A DNA stretch of 64,000 nucleotides. Source: Octopus bimaculoides (Eukaryota). How positions within the stretch are numbered: position 1 is the first letter of the stretch; each line of letters begins with the position of its first letter. The translations under genes and the position numbers were made by a program. Positions 63,564 through 64,000 of this stretch are shown one piece after another. The notes under the pieces were generated by a model. It had not been told where the DNA came from, did no database searches, and was given only the letters and a program-made list of their open reading frames with translations. Location of the stretch: NCBI RefSeq assembly GCF_001194135.2, contig NC_068981.1, forward strand, positions 191,306,706-191,370,705. The letters are read 5' to 3'.

Positions 63564-64000
63564 ATGTGTGTGTACATGTGTGCATATATATGTGTGTGTG
63601 TGTGTGTGGTGTATTCACATGTCTTGAAGCACATAGATATAGACCTGACATTTGGTGATAAAGGAAAAGAATAGAGAGTAACTCATTGAAAATGTTTCAG
63701 TTTTATCCAACCGTTAGCAAAAATTAGGTTAACAACCTCAGAAAATGTTTCCCATTAGCAAAATTTTTTTTTTAATGGTTATGTTTAAATGGCAGTTTGC
63801 AGAAAAGAAATCTAGTTGAGAAAATGTCAAATACTAAAACTAACAGTAGCATTAAATTAATGAAGGGTCTTCTGTGTGGTTACTCAGCCAGCAATAAATA
63901 GCAGCTAAATGTCCCACAAATCATATCTTACAGTCTAGAAGAAAATAGACACATGTATGATAATGTAGTTTTAGTTATATTCTGTGAAAGTATAGTCTTC

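Overview
AT-rich eukaryotic (animal) genomic DNA with seven N-gaps. The repeat landscape (tRNA-derived SINEs, RTE/CR1 LINE ends, dense microsatellites) looks like an octopus/cephalopod genome; this is inference, not searched. The window holds most of one + strand, multi-exon, non-classical cadherin gene. I spliced 21 GT-AG exons by hand (2301-59840, 4445 nt, about 1481 codons, phases consistent throughout). They encode about 13 cadherin (EC) repeats plus the end of one more, then a transmembrane helix, with no EGF/LamG block. The 5' end lies upstream of the window and the cytoplasmic exon(s) are uncertain. Introns contain at least four SINE families, RTE, CR1 and R4/Dong-like LINE remnants, piggyBac-, Tc1/mariner-, hAT- and Merlin-like MITEs, and Helitron-like ends. 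The most notable observations are: (1) a minimal hammerhead-ribozyme-like motif with a swapped G3-C8 core pair inside a spacerless Penelope-like palindrome; (2) several near-spacerless fold-backs and inverted TE pairs; (3) a stop-free 108-nt intron plus tandem splice sites around the transmembrane exon; (4) introns at homologous EC positions that would allow in-frame removal of whole repeats. There are no prokaryotic features, CRISPR arrays, rRNA or intact tRNA genes. All alignments and counts were done by eye.
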